A model generated the notes under the pieces. It was given only the letters and a program-made list of their open reading frames with translations, was not told the DNA's origin and ran no database searches. Shown one piece after another: positions 52,150 to 62,025 of a stretch of DNA of 64,000 bases; the first letter of the stretch is position 1; the number at the start of each line of letters is the position of its first letter. A program made the position numbers and the translations under genes. Origin of the DNA: an uncultured delta proteobacterium (lineage in GTDB: Bacteria; Myxococcota_A; Polyangia; Polyangiales; JAFGIB01). Where the stretch lies: positions 96,001 to 160,000 of the forward strand of contig CAVZVA010000009.1 in NCBI GenBank assembly GCA_963778655.1, given 5' to 3'.

Positions 52150-54108
52150 TCAGCGAGCGCGGCGGCGGCGGACCGCGAGCATCAGGCCGGCGGCCAGCAC
52201 CCACCACAAGGTGCTCGAGCGGCCCACGCCCGGGCGCGCCACGCTACAGCCGGTCACGCTCGAGCCTCCGGACAAGCTCGCGCTCTGCACGCTGCCGGCC
52301 TGGACGTTGCACACGTAGGCCGTGTTGCCGATCTCGGCAGCGTCGAGGGTGCCGCTGCGGTCGAAGTCGAGACCGGTGTCGATGCGGCGGCCGCCCAGGA
52401 CGCAGTGGACGCCGGCGGGCTCCGCGCTAACCGCGATTAGCGCGTTGGCTCCGGCGGTTCCGTTCTTGCCGTCCGCGCCGTTGAGGCCGTCGGCTCCGTC
52501 CTTGCCGTCCGCGCCGTTGAGGCCGTCGGCTCCGTCCTTGCCGTCCGCGCCGTTGAGGCCGTCGGCTCCGTCCTTGCCGTCCGCGCCGTTGAGGCCGTCG
52601 CTGCCGTTGAGGCCGTCGCTGCCGTTGAGGCCGTCGCTGCCGTTGAGGCCGTCGCTGCCGTTGAGGCCGTCGCTGCCGTCCGCCCCGTTGACGCCGTTGC
52701 ACACATAGCTGGTCGCGCTGACCTCCTCTTCGTCCAGGATGTCGTTGCGGTTGACGTCGAGCCCAGTATCCAGGCGCTGTCCGCCTTGCGCGCAGAACGC
52801 GCCTGCGGGTTCCTCGTGTACCGCGACCAAGGCGTTGATCCCGTTCTCTCCGTCAGCACCGTCCTTGCCGTCGGCCCCGTCCTTGCCGTCGATGCCGTCC
52901 TTGCCGTCGATGCCGTTGCAGAGGTAGCGGGTCGTGGCGATCTCGTCGCCGTCGAGAACCTCGTTCGCATTTTCGTCGAAGCCCACATCGACGCGCTGGC
53001 CGCCATTGGGACAGCTCTCCCCAGCCGGTTCGTCGGTCAGGCTCACGAGCGCGCTCAGCCCATCTTTGCCGTCTGCGCCCGGCGCGCCATCGGCACCATC
53101 TTTGCCGTCTGCGCCCGGCGCGCCATCGGCACCATCCGTGCCGTTTGCGCCGTCTGCGCCCGGCGCGCCATCGGCACCATCTTTGCCGTCTGCGCCCGGC
53201 GCGCCATCGACACCATCTTTGCCGTCTGCGCCCGGCGCGCCATCGACACCATCCGTGCCGTTCGCGCCGTCTGCGCCGTCCTTGCCGTCTGCCCCCGGTG
53301 CGCCCTGAGCACCCGTGGTGCCGGTCACGCCCGTCGCGCCGTTGCAGATCGCCTGCGAAAACGTGCGCTCGCCAGGCTGGAGCACGCCGTCTTCGGCCGT
53401 GCCGCCGCCCGTCCCGTCGTCCAAACCGGCGTAGACCACGACGCCGCCGAGGTCGCCACAGAGCGAGCCGTCGTCATCGGCGACATCGACCAGCTTGGGC
53501 GCGGTCGCGACGGTCTGCACGCTGGTGAGGGTGCCGGGATCGCTGCCTTCGCTGAAGTAGTCGAACCACACGTAGCACCCCTGGAAGGCCGCGCTCACCG
53601 AGCCGCTGCGCCAGGGCGCGAGGGTGTGCGTGCTCCCTGTATAGGTCCACGCATCCGAGCTCGACGCCGTGGAGAGCTCCAACCAGAACGTGTCGTCGGG
53701 GGTGCCGTGCTCGACGCCGCTGGAAGAGAAGGCCGGGGGATCGGTCGTGCCGTTGGCGAAGGCGTCGGTCGTGGCCGAGGTGGTCGGATAGCTGAGCGAG
53801 CTGCCGCCGAAGTTGGCGCTGAGCCCCATGGTCACGCCCGCGCGCTCCACGTGAATCGCCTTGCCGCTCGGGAGCTGGACCACGAAGCGAATCTCAGAGA
53901 CGTGATCGAAGTCGATGTTGGCGGTGTCGGCCGTGCAGTTGTACTCGTCCTCCGAGAGGAAGAAGGGGTCGCTCCACGCATCTCGCGAGTCGGGGTCGAT
54001 GGTGATGGTGACGTCGGCCGTCTGCGCCGCAGCACGCCCGATTCCGCACAATCCGCTCACGGCGAGCACCAGCAGGGCTAGCGCTCGGCTGCCGGTGGCG
54101 CCGCGCAT
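52150..54108 (-). CDS. Collagen-like surface protein with MYXO-CTERM anchor
   Basis: Signal peptide; G-X-Y tracts alternating with EPAG..C..GG.R.D.G.D.N...LD..E....Y.CNG repeats; GCSV...TM...RRRR end. Confidence 0.9.
   Translation of the reverse strand: MRGATGSRALALLVLAVSGLCGIGRAAAQTADVTITIDPDSRDAWSDPFFLSEDEYNCTADTANIDFDHVSEIRFVVQLPSGKAIHVERAGVTMGLSANFGGSSLSYPTTSATTDAFANGTTDPPAFSSSGVEHGTPDDTFWLELSTASSSDAWTYTGSTHTLAPWRSGSVSAAFQGCYVWFDYFSEGSDPGTLTSVQTVATAPKLVDVADDDGSLCGDLGGVVVYAGLDDGTGGGTAEDGVLQPGERTFSQAICNGATGVTGTTGAQGAPGADGKDGADGANGTDGVDGAPGADGKDGVDGAPGADGKDGADGAPGADGANGTDGADGAPGADGKDGADGAPGADGKDGLSALVSLTDEPAGESCPNGGQRVDVGFDENANEVLDGDEIATTRYLCNGIDGKDGIDGKDGADGKDGADGENGINALVAVHEEPAGAFCAQGGQRLDTGLDVNRNDILDEEEVSATSYVCNGVNGADGSDGLNGSDGLNGSDGLNGSDGLNGSDGLNGADGKDGADGLNGADGKDGADGLNGADGKDGADGLNGADGKNGTAGANALIAVSAEPAGVHCVLGGRRIDTGLDFDRSGTLDAAEIGNTAYVCNVQAGSVQSASLSGGSSVTGCSVARPGVGRSSTLWWVLAAGLMLAVRRRRAR
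52460..52680. repeat. Intragenic tandem repeats (36-bp x~4, 18-bp x~5)
   Basis: Encode GADGLNGADGKD and GSDGLN units. Confidence 0.9.
53060..53300. repeat. Intragenic 36-bp-based tandem repeats
   Basis: Encode GADGAPGADGKD-type units. Confidence 0.85.
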
Positions 54109-54372
54109 TCGCCGCACGGTTGCTCTCCTCTGATCCGTGCGAGCACGCTCGCCCGACCGTTCCTGCAATCCACCGTATCGTCCTTCAAGCATGTCCGACT
54201 CCTTGTAGCCGTCGCCGGCAACTACAGCCGTGCGGCACCAGGCACAGGAGCAAGCGACATGCCAGCGGCTCGCCCGCGCGATTCCGCCGCATAATCGCCC
54301 GCGCGCAGCGGGCCGCTGGCGTGCGCCACCACGCCTGTGGTCGAGCGCGCTACGCGGCGCCGTGCCCGGCGC

Positions 54373-55209
54373 TCAGCGCAACGCGCTCAGGCCGCCGTCC
54401 ACCACCAGCACCTGGCCGGTGAGGTAGGCCGACTCGTCGCTGATCAGGAACAGTCCGGCGTACGCGGTCTCCCAGCCCGTGCCCTGGCGGCCGAGCGGAA
54501 CCGGGGTGGCCGCACGCGAGGCGCGACCCCTGGACGCGCGGCGCCCGAGCGCCGTGTCCATCAAGCCCGGCGCGACCACGTTGACGCGGATGCGGCGGCG
54601 CGCGCCTTCGAAGGCCGCGTGCCGCATCAGCCCCGCGAGCGCCGCCTTGGAGGTGTCGTACGCGGGGATGCGGCTGCCCGGCTTGAGCGACGCGGTCGAC
54701 GAGATCAGCACCGCCGAGGCGCCGTGCGACAGCACCGGCAGCGCCGCCTTGAGCGTGAGCGCGGCGCCGCGCAGGTTGACCGAGAGCGCGAAGTCCCAGC
54801 CCTCCGGCGTCACGTTTGCGAGCCACATCTCGTTGCCGATGCCGACGTTGTAGACGACGCCGTCGAGCCCGCCGAGCTGCTCGGCGGCCGCCGCCACCAT
54901 GCGCTCGATCTGATCGGGCTTGGTGACGTCGGCGGTGATCGCGACGGCCTCGCCGTGCTGCTCGCGTACGAGCTGCGCGGTCTGCTCGGCGCTCTGGGCG
55001 TTGCGGTCGGCCACCGCCACGCGCCCACCTTCGCGCGCGAACAACAGGCTCATCGCGCGGCCGTTGCCGATCGGCGGATCATCGACGCCGCGATCGTCCT
55101 GGCCGCCACCGACGACCAGCACGCGACGGCCCTGAAGCCGGCCGCGTCCGGGCGCGCGACCGGCCGATTCCGCCGGCAGATAAAGCTCCGGTTCGTTGCT
55201 GTCGCTCAC
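54373..55209 (-). CDS. SDR-family oxidoreductase
   Basis: GNGRAM, ADVT, YNVG, YDTSK, RVNVVAPG, TGQVLVVDGG. Confidence 0.93.
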   Translation of the reverse strand: MSDSNEPELYLPAESAGRAPGRGRLQGRRVLVVGGGQDDRGVDDPPIGNGRAMSLLFAREGGRVAVADRNAQSAEQTAQLVREQHGEAVAITADVTKPDQIERMVAAAAEQLGGLDGVVYNVGIGNEMWLANVTPEGWDFALSVNLRGAALTLKAALPVLSHGASAVLISSTASLKPGSRIPAYDTSKAALAGLMRHAAFEGARRRIRVNVVAPGLMDTALGRRASRGRASRAATPVPLGRQGTGWETAYAGLFLISDESAYLTGQVLVVDGGLSALR

Positions 55210-55471
55210 GTGGCGCAGCCTACACCGAGATGGGCGGGGGCCAAACACGCAAGCCGACCCGTGTGAGGGCTTCAGGGGTATCCAAGGAGCGCATTCAGGT
55301 GTGCTCCGGGATATCGCTAACTGACCGTTCCCGATTCGGGAACGGCCATGCCGATCACGGAGTATTGCTGCGCTGCGGCGCCTTGCGCTCGGACCCACCT
55401 CACGCACGATCGCTTGACCCCATCTCGCGGACGCTGTGCTAGTTGGCATCGGTCGAAAATCCGCAACGGAT

Positions 55472-56155
55472 TTACGAACCGATGTCCCAGCCCGCAGGAC
55501 GCGCGCTCGCGAAGCGCGAGGCCCGGCGCACCAGCTCGACGATTGGCTGGGAGCAGCGCTCGGGCGAGCCGGCGTCGAAGGGCGGCGCGGGGTCGTACTC
55601 GATGCCGAGCTGGATGGCCTGCGCCGCCTGCTCGCCGGCGACGCGCGCCGCCAGCGCGAGCGCCATGTCGATGCCCGCCGACACCCCGGCCGAGCTCACC
55701 AGCTTGCCGTCGAACACGTAGCGCTCGCGCACCGCGGTGGCGCCGAAGGCAGCGAGCTCGCCGAGCGCGGTCCAGTGGGTGGTCGCGTGCTTGCCGCGCA
55801 GCAGCCCCGCGGCGCCGAGCACCAGCGCGCCGGTGCACACCGAGACGGTGTAGCGGGTGTGCTCGTGCGCGGCCGCGAGCCAGTCGAGCACGGCGTGGTC
55901 CTCGCGCACGGCCGCCTCGCCCGGTCCGCCCGGCACCAGCACGATCTCCGGCCGCGGCAGCTCGGAGAGCGCGCGCTCGGCCACCAGCGCCAGCCCCCCG
56001 CGCTCGCTGCGCTTGGCGCCCGGCGTCGCTGCCACGAATGCGACCTCGGCCCCGGGCAGCCAGCGCAGCACTTCGTACGGACCGACCACGTCCTGCGCAT
56101 CGACGTCGTCGAACAACAGCATCGCGATCTGGAGTCGCTCTTGGCTCTCGGACAT
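55472..56155 (-). CDS. DJ-1/PfpI-family protein (isonitrile hydratase-like)
   Basis: DVVGPYEVL, VPGG, SVCTG, TTHW, AGVSAGID, EYDPAPPF. Confidence 0.93.
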   Translation of the reverse strand: MSESQERLQIAMLLFDDVDAQDVVGPYEVLRWLPGAEVAFVAATPGAKRSERGGLALVAERALSELPRPEIVLVPGGPGEAAVREDHAVLDWLAAAHEHTRYTVSVCTGALVLGAAGLLRGKHATTHWTALGELAAFGATAVRERYVFDGKLVSSAGVSAGIDMALALAARVAGEQAAQAIQLGIEYDPAPPFDAGSPERCSQPIVELVRRASRFASARPAGWDIGS

Positions 56156-56172
56156 GGTCTTCCTCCGTCGGC

Positions 56173-57153
56173 TCAATGCGCCGCACGAAACCGGGTGCGA
56201 TAGTCGGACGGGGTCACCGCGAGCTTGTGCACGAACGCGCGGCGCAGCGATTCGGCGCTGCGGAAGCCGCACGCCGCGGCGATGGCATCGACGCCGTCGC
56301 GCGACTCGACCAGTCGTCGCCGCGCGGCTTCGAGCCGCACGCTCTGCACGTAGCGCGCCGGCGTGACCCCGACCTGAGCGTGGAAGCAGCGCGAGAAGTT
56401 GCGCACGCTCATGCCCGCGTGTCGTGCCAGGGTCTCGGCCGACAGATCGGCGTCCGGGTTGTCGGCGATGAAACGCTGCACCTCGCGCAGCGGCTCGCGG
56501 TCCGCGGCCTGCCGCGCGAGCTGCGCGCTGAACTGCGCCTGGTTGCCTGGCCGGCGCAGGAACAGCACCAGGCCGCGCGCGATCGCGAGCGCGGCCTCGA
56601 CACCGAGGTCCTCCTCGACCAGCGCCAGCGCCAGATCGATGCCTGCGGTGACGCCCGCGGAGGTGTAGATGTGGCCGTCGCGCACGAAGATCGGCTCGCT
56701 CTGGACGCGCACCGCGGGGTATCGCGCGGCCAAGCGCGCGCAGCTCGCCCAGTGCGTGGTCGCGCGCCGGCCCTCGAGCAGCCCCAGCTCGGCCAGCAGG
56801 AAGGCGCCGGTGCACACCGACACCACGCGGCGCGCCCGCCGCGCCGCGCGGCCGAGCCCGCGCAGCAGCGCGCGGTCGTGCAGCGCGTCGTGCACTCCGC
56901 TGCCGCCGGGCACGATCAGCGTGTCGATCGCTCCGCGCAGTTGCTCGAGCGCGCCGTGCGGCTCCAGACCGAGCCCGCTTGCGCTGGTGATCGGCGCGCC
57001 CCCGGCTGTAAGCACGCGGGTCGCGTACTCGGGCGGGCGCCCGGCCTGGCGCAGCAGCGTATTGGCGCCGGCGAACACCTCGAGCGGCCCCACCAAGTCG
57101 AGGCTCTGGATGCCGCTAAACGGCGCGAACACGATGCGGCGGCCGGCGCTCAT
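56173..57153 (-). CDS. GlxA-family AraC regulator
   Basis: SVCTGAF, TSAGVTAGIDLAL, RPGNQAQFS, AraC HTHs. Confidence 0.95.
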   Translation of the reverse strand: MSAGRRIVFAPFSGIQSLDLVGPLEVFAGANTLLRQAGRPPEYATRVLTAGGAPITSASGLGLEPHGALEQLRGAIDTLIVPGGSGVHDALHDRALLRGLGRAARRARRVVSVCTGAFLLAELGLLEGRRATTHWASCARLAARYPAVRVQSEPIFVRDGHIYTSAGVTAGIDLALALVEEDLGVEAALAIARGLVLFLRRPGNQAQFSAQLARQAADREPLREVQRFIADNPDADLSAETLARHAGMSVRNFSRCFHAQVGVTPARYVQSVRLEAARRRLVESRDGVDAIAAACGFRSAESLRRAFVHKLAVTPSDYRTRFRAAH

Positions 57154-57277
57154 GGCCTCATGCTGGCGTCCAGCGGAGCTGGCTTCAAGGACACTGATCC
57201 CACATTTTCGGCCAAGCGGCCCGTGCGGCCGCGCCGGGCCCCTTGCCCGGACCCGCGCCCGCGTCTACACCGCGGCC

Positions 57278-57760
57278 ATGCTCGAGATCCGGTTTGCCAC
57301 CGCCGCCGACGCGGCGACGCTGCTGCATTTCATCCGCGCGCTGGCCGAGTACGAGCGCCAGCCGCAAGCGGTCCAGGTGGACGCGCCCACGCTCGCAGCT
57401 CAGCTCGGCTCGCCGCAGCCTCCGTTCGAGTGCCTGCTCGCGCACGAGACGGGCCGGCCGCTCGGCATCGCGCTGTTCTTCCACACCTACTCGACCTGGC
57501 GCGGCAAGCGTGGGATCTGGCTGGAGGATCTGTTCGTGCTGCCCGAAGCGCGCCGTCGCGGCGTGGGCCGCGCGTTATTGCGCCGCGTGGCGGCGCTGGC
57601 GGCCCAGCGCGATTGCGCGCGCCTGGAATGGTCGGTGCTGGAGTGGAACACCTCCGCGATCGACTTCTACCGCGGCCTCGACGCCGAGCTGCTTTCCGAG
57701 TGGCGGATCTGCCGCATGGCCGACGCCTCGCTGCGGCGGCTCGCAACCTCTGGCGACTGA
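57278..57760 (+). CDS. GNAT acetyltransferase (spermidine/diamine acetyltransferase-like)
   Basis: LAEYE, YSTW, LEDLFV, RRRGVG, LEWSVLEWN. Confidence 0.93.
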   Translation: MLEIRFATAADAATLLHFIRALAEYERQPQAVQVDAPTLAAQLGSPQPPFECLLAHETGRPLGIALFFHTYSTWRGKRGIWLEDLFVLPEARRRGVGRALLRRVAALAAQRDCARLEWSVLEWNTSAIDFYRGLDAELLSEWRICRMADASLRRLATSGD

Positions 57761-57793
57761 GGTCGCCCCACGCGCTGGCCGCGGCCGCCGCGC

Positions 57794-58432
57794 TCAGGCG
57801 GCGGGAGGCACGCCGTCGAAGAAATTCACGGCTCCGGTCTCGAGCTCGTACTCGGCGCTCACCACCGCCACGCGTCCGGCCAGCACCAGCTCCTCGATGA
57901 TCTGGCTGCCGTGGCGCAGGTGGTCGGCGGAAGCCTTGACGTTGGCGCGCATGCACTCGCGCGCGACCGCTTGCGCCTCTCCGGTGCGGGCCAGGGCCTC
58001 GATGTGCGGCGCGATGCGGTCGGTGATCGAACGGATGTTGCGCGACTCGGGGCCCATCCCGGTGGCGAGCGCGTTCAGCGTCGCGGAGATGGCACCGCAG
58101 CGCGTGTGGCCCATCACCACCACCAGGCGCGTGCCGAACTGCGAGGCGGCAAACTCGATCGAGCCGACAACCGAGGGCGCGACGATGTTGCCCGCGACCC
58201 GCACCACGAACAGCGAGCCGAAGCCCTCGTCGAACAGGATCTCGACCGGCGTGCGCGAGTCGGAGCAGCCCAGCACGATCGCGAACGGGCGCTGCGCCAC
58301 GGCCGCTTGATCGCCGCTCCAGGAGCCCGCCAATGACGCGGCCTCGCCCTGCCGGAAACGCAGGTTGCCGTCGATCAGGCGTTGTAGGGCTTGCTGCGGG
58401 GAGAGTGCGCTCGGATCCCAGGTGCGCGGCAT
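57794..58432 (-). CDS. Beta-class carbonic anhydrase
   Basis: GCSDSR, RVAGN, GHTRCGA zinc ligands. Confidence 0.95.
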   Translation of the reverse strand: MPRTWDPSALSPQQALQRLIDGNLRFRQGEAASLAGSWSGDQAAVAQRPFAIVLGCSDSRTPVEILFDEGFGSLFVVRVAGNIVAPSVVGSIEFAASQFGTRLVVVMGHTRCGAISATLNALATGMGPESRNIRSITDRIAPHIEALARTGEAQAVARECMRANVKASADHLRHGSQIIEELVLAGRVAVVSAEYELETGAVNFFDGVPPAA

Positions 58433-58886
58433 CGGGCCCTCATAGCACGAAGAAACGCTCCCGCGAGCGGGCTCCGGTCGGTTGCGCAAAGAAATCAGAT
58501 GTAGCTCACGAAGAAATCGCCGCCGTGAGCGCGCTCGCCCCCGAGGCGTCTTGGCGGTGTAGCGCAGCGATCACATCGTGGGTCTTCGGCTCGGGCCTCG
58601 CACTCGAGCGCAGTGATGGACGCCGCGCCTTGCGATAAACCGTTGAGACCTTGGAGGGCTTGGTGGTCATGGCGACCGCGGGAGGCACCGCTCCTGCTGG
58701 CGTTGTCGGCTACGGCCGCATCGTACGTTCCATGCGCACCGTGTCCTGAGCGGGCGCGCGCCGCGGCTGTGGTCGATCGCGCTATCGCCCAGGCAACTCG
58801 CCCCCACGTGCGCGGCCGCTCGCCAAAAACACCCGAGGTTTCAGCGCGATCGAGGCCTGGCACGACCGCTGCAACACCCGGACGCC

Positions 58887-60287
58887 ATGGCAATCAGACA
58901 CCGAACCAGCCGACGTTTCCCGTACCGTGAGGTGGTGTGCGTGCGTTCAGAAGGCGGTGCCGAAGCGATCGCGATGGAAGCGCGCAACATCACGCTCGGC
59001 GGCCTGTTCGTAGTGTGCAAGCCGTGCTTGCCGCTGCAGGCGGTGGTCGAGCTCGGCATCGATCGCCCGCACGGCCCTCGCCTCACTGTGCGCGCGCGCG
59101 TGGTGCGCACGGTGACCGCGCGGCCGGGCATGCCAGCCGGTATCGAGCCGGGTATGGGCCTGCGCTTCGAGCGGCTCGACGCCGAGCAGCGCCAGGCGAT
59201 CGTCGCCATCGTGCGCCTGGCCAGGGCCAACGACAGCCGCCCGCTGCTCGCCCACGCGATCGTGGAGGCGATCGCGAATCGACCGCTCACCGATCCCATG
59301 CTCGACTACGTGCTCGGCTACGCGGACGGCACCCGCTCACCGGAGGCGCTGGCCGAGTCGGTCGGCGTCGAGCTCGACGCCGTGGTCGAGATGGTCCACC
59401 AGCTGCAGCAACGCGGGCTGGTCGAGCTTGTCCCGCCCGCTTCGGCGCCGCAGGGCGCGGCCAGCACGGGCGGCAGCGCGCTCGAACGCGTGGCCGACCG
59501 CGCTTCGGCGCCGTTCCGCGTGGGGCGCTCGACCGACCTCGAGCCGGCGCAGCAGCGGGAGATCCTCGCCATGCACGCCCGCACCGCGAGCGAGGACGAC
59601 TTCGAGATCCTGGGGCTCACCCGCGATGCCGCCGGCGAGCAGATCCACGCGGCGTACCAGGCGCTGGTCCGCAAGCTCGGTCCCGAGGCGTATCCTGGTC
59701 GTACGCTGGGTCCGCTGCTCGCGGTGCTCGAGGAGATCGCCGCCCGGTTTGCCGATGCTCACGCCACGCTGAGCGATCCGCGCGCGCGCGGCGAGTACGA
59801 GGCGTATCTGGGCAGGGCCGCGCGGATCGCGGCACAAGCGAGCGGCGCAGACGCCAGCCTCGGGGACGAGGCGCTGGCGGAGTTGCACGAGCTGCAGGCC
59901 CAATACGAGGAAGGGCGGCAGCTGTGGGAGCGTGCCGCGTGCTCGTGGACCTTCGTGTACGAGCGCCGGCCCGACGACCCGGATTGCGCGCGGCGCGCGG
60001 CGCGCGCACTGCTCGAGGCCAACCGCGAGCTCCGGCGCGCGCAGTCGTTCGCCGAGCGCGCGATCTTCCTCGAGCCCGACAACCCGGCCAACCATCGCCT
60101 GCTGGCACGCATCTATCTGGACTGCGGCATGCGCTTGCGCGCGCGCAAGGAGCTCAACCTGGCTGCCGCCCTGACCAAGGCTGTGCGGGCGCTCGACGGC
60201 TGTCCCGCGCAGGGTACGGGCGCGCGCTCACACGCCTGCAACGCCGAAGGCTGCGTCTCGCTCGCGGCCGGCCTGCCCGTTTGTTGA
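58887..60287 (+). CDS. PilZ + J-like + TPR multidomain protein
   Basis: RTSRR...NITLGG, GMGLRF (PilZ); FEILGL...AAYQALVRKLGPE...AHATLSD (J-like); C-terminal TPRs. Confidence 0.8.
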   Translation: MAIRHRTSRRFPYREVVCVRSEGGAEAIAMEARNITLGGLFVVCKPCLPLQAVVELGIDRPHGPRLTVRARVVRTVTARPGMPAGIEPGMGLRFERLDAEQRQAIVAIVRLARANDSRPLLAHAIVEAIANRPLTDPMLDYVLGYADGTRSPEALAESVGVELDAVVEMVHQLQQRGLVELVPPASAPQGAASTGGSALERVADRASAPFRVGRSTDLEPAQQREILAMHARTASEDDFEILGLTRDAAGEQIHAAYQALVRKLGPEAYPGRTLGPLLAVLEEIAARFADAHATLSDPRARGEYEAYLGRAARIAAQASGADASLGDEALAELHELQAQYEEGRQLWERAACSWTFVYERRPDDPDCARRAARALLEANRELRRAQSFAERAIFLEPDNPANHRLLARIYLDCGMRLRARKELNLAAALTKAVRALDGCPAQGTGARSHACNAEGCVSLAAGLPVC

Positions 60288-60322
60288 GAGGCGGCGTCGC
60301 GCGGCGAAATGCGGCCGGCGTC

Positions 60323-60829
60323 TCAGGCCCCGGCGTCGCCCTGTGCCGCGTCCATTTCGGGGGCCGCGCGCTCGCGCAGCGGCGCCCGCGCGCGTGGCGG
60401 CGCCGCCTGCGCCAGTCGCAACATGGCGGCCGCCTCGAGCCAGGGCAGCGCTGCCACTACCCACAGGTAGTGGGCGCGGCGACCGCCCCTCGGCACACGC
60501 GTGATCAACGGGGTCCATGCCGCGGTCCAGATCTGCAGCCCTACCATGACCGGAAAGCGCTGCGCGAGCAGACCCGCGAAGATGCCCAGCGACCAGGCCG
60601 ACAGCAGCAAGCCGGGCGCGTGGCAAAGCAGCACGCTGGGCCGCGCGGCTCGCAAAGCGCCTTGCCGCAAGTCCGCGCGCAGGTAGCCCGCAGCGCGCAC
60701 CTGCAGCGCGACGTGCGCCGCCCACGGCAGCCACAGGTACAGCGGCCACGGGCCGAGCGCGATCGCCACGAACGCGAGCACGGCGTGCGCCAGCCAGCAC
60801 AGGCTCGCGTGCTGCAGCGCCGCCTTCAC
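60323..60829 (-). CDS. Hypothetical multi-pass membrane protein
   Basis: Several hydrophobic segments; GTGA coupling to the upstream gene. Confidence 0.6.
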   Translation of the reverse strand: MKAALQHASLCWLAHAVLAFVAIALGPWPLYLWLPWAAHVALQVRAAGYLRADLRQGALRAARPSVLLCHAPGLLLSAWSLGIFAGLLAQRFPVMVGLQIWTAAWTPLITRVPRGGRRAHYLWVVAALPWLEAAAMLRLAQAAPPRARAPLRERAAPEMDAAQGDAGA

Positions 60830-61410
60830 GGCGACCTCCACTCGCGCACGAGGTGCAACCGCGGGCTCGCGGCGATGTCGTCGGGCACGACCAGGCTGCG
60901 GCCCGGGGCGAGGTCGATGCCCACAGCGCGATACGCGGCCCACACCGCCTTTGCGCAGGTCCACTGGTAAGGGTCGCCCTTGCGCGCTCCGAGCTGAAAG
61001 ACCGCGCCGCGCAGCCCGTTCAGGAAGCGCGCCACGCGCGCGCGCTGGTCCGGGCGCAGGGGTGCACGCAGCACGCGTACGTCGTCGTAGCTGACCAGGG
61101 CGGTCAGCTTCATCGCGAAGATGCCGAACAGCACGTTGTGCCCGAGCACCTGGTCGTCACCGGTCAGCGCGGTGACGTGCGACCAGTAGCCATAGGGACT
61201 GTCCGCGAGGCTGGCCAGCACGACATCGGCCGGCAGCAGACCGCGCGCGTCGATGCGGACAGGCGCGCGCTGCGCGCGCCGGCGCGACCACGGTGCCGCG
61301 TAGTGGGCCAAGTGCCGCAGCAGGCCGAGGTCGCCGGGCGCTGGCCGAGCGTCGGGTGGGCCCGGATAACCGTAGGCCCAGATGCTCGCGGCGGCCAGCA
61401 GCGCAGCCAA
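60826..61410 (-). CDS. Permuted papain-like (YiiX/YebB, NlpC/P60) enzyme
   Basis: LLPADVV, YWSHV (His), WTCAKAVWAAY (Cys), GIDL, VVPDDI; frame stays open to a CTG at 61473. Confidence 0.8.
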   Translation of the reverse strand: MAALLAAASIWAYGYPGPPDARPAPGDLGLLRHLAHYAAPWSRRRAQRAPVRIDARGLLPADVVLASLADSPYGYWSHVTALTGDDQVLGHNVLFGIFAMKLTALVSYDDVRVLRAPLRPDQRARVARFLNGLRGAVFQLGARKGDPYQWTCAKAVWAAYRAVGIDLAPGRSLVVPDDIAASPRLHLVREWRSP

Positions 61411-61469
61411 GGTGGCGGGCGCAGCGCGCAGCAGCAGCGGCCGCGCCCGCGGCGCGGTGGCTCCGGCGT

Positions 61470-61685
61470 TCAGGAGCCGTTGCGGCGACGCCGGCCGGTC
61501 AGCATCAGGATGCCGCCTGCCAGCAGTGTGAGCGCGGAGGCCGCCCCGGCTGGATCGAGCTCGGGCACCGAGCTCGATCCGCCGCTGGCCGTGGGCGACT
61601 CGTGGTTGAGCGCGTGCGCACCCGACGGAAGCGACGCGAAACCGAGGATGGCGAATAGGAAACCTGCAACTGCGAGGCGAGTCAT
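61470..61685 (-). CDS. Small secreted protein with VPEID/PEP-CTERM-like sorting signal
   Basis: Signal peptide ending AHA, short Ser/Gly linker, VPELDP + TM + RRRR. Confidence 0.8.
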   Translation of the reverse strand: MTRLAVAGFLFAILGFASLPSGAHALNHESPTASGGSSSVPELDPAGAASALTLLAGGILMLTGRRRRNGS

Positions 61686-61738
61686 GGTTTGCTTCCGGCG
61701 CTGTTCAAGGCGCGCGGCCTTTCATACCCGGAAGTCGA

Positions 61739-61755
61739 AGCACGTGCTGTGCCAA
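61739..61755 (-). promoter_or_regulatory. Sigma-54 (-24/-12) promoter candidate
   Basis: Minus strand TTGGCACAGCACGTGCT fits TGGCAC-N5-TTGC with one mismatch, ~55 bp upstream of ATG 61685. Confidence 0.65.
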
Positions 61756-62025
61756 CCATCAGAAAGCCCTAGGGATAGGTCGAAGTCGTGTAAATTCATT
61801 GTGTTAGTCAGTGGCGCCCTGTTTAGGTGAGTCCGTGGGTGCGCAATATGGGGTGCGCAATGTAGGATCCCTTGTGCAACGCTTTGCACGAGCTGGCCAC
61901 TCACATTGGGGGAGCCATCGACCGTGGCCCCCCCCAATGCGCCGTAGCGCGGACAGGCTGCGATCGCCGTGCTAAGGCACCGGACCGCCGCGAGCGCGCC
62001 CGCGTCGCGGCGCCAAGTCGACCCA

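Noticed and set aside
52460..53300. Regular repeats as a possible CRISPR array
   Set aside because: Head-to-tail units in multiples of 9 bp with no unique spacers; they encode collagen G-X-Y; no cas genes in the window
55348..57900. 850-aa plus-strand ORF
   Set aside because: Shadow of the DJ-1, GlxA and GNAT genes; low complexity, no motifs
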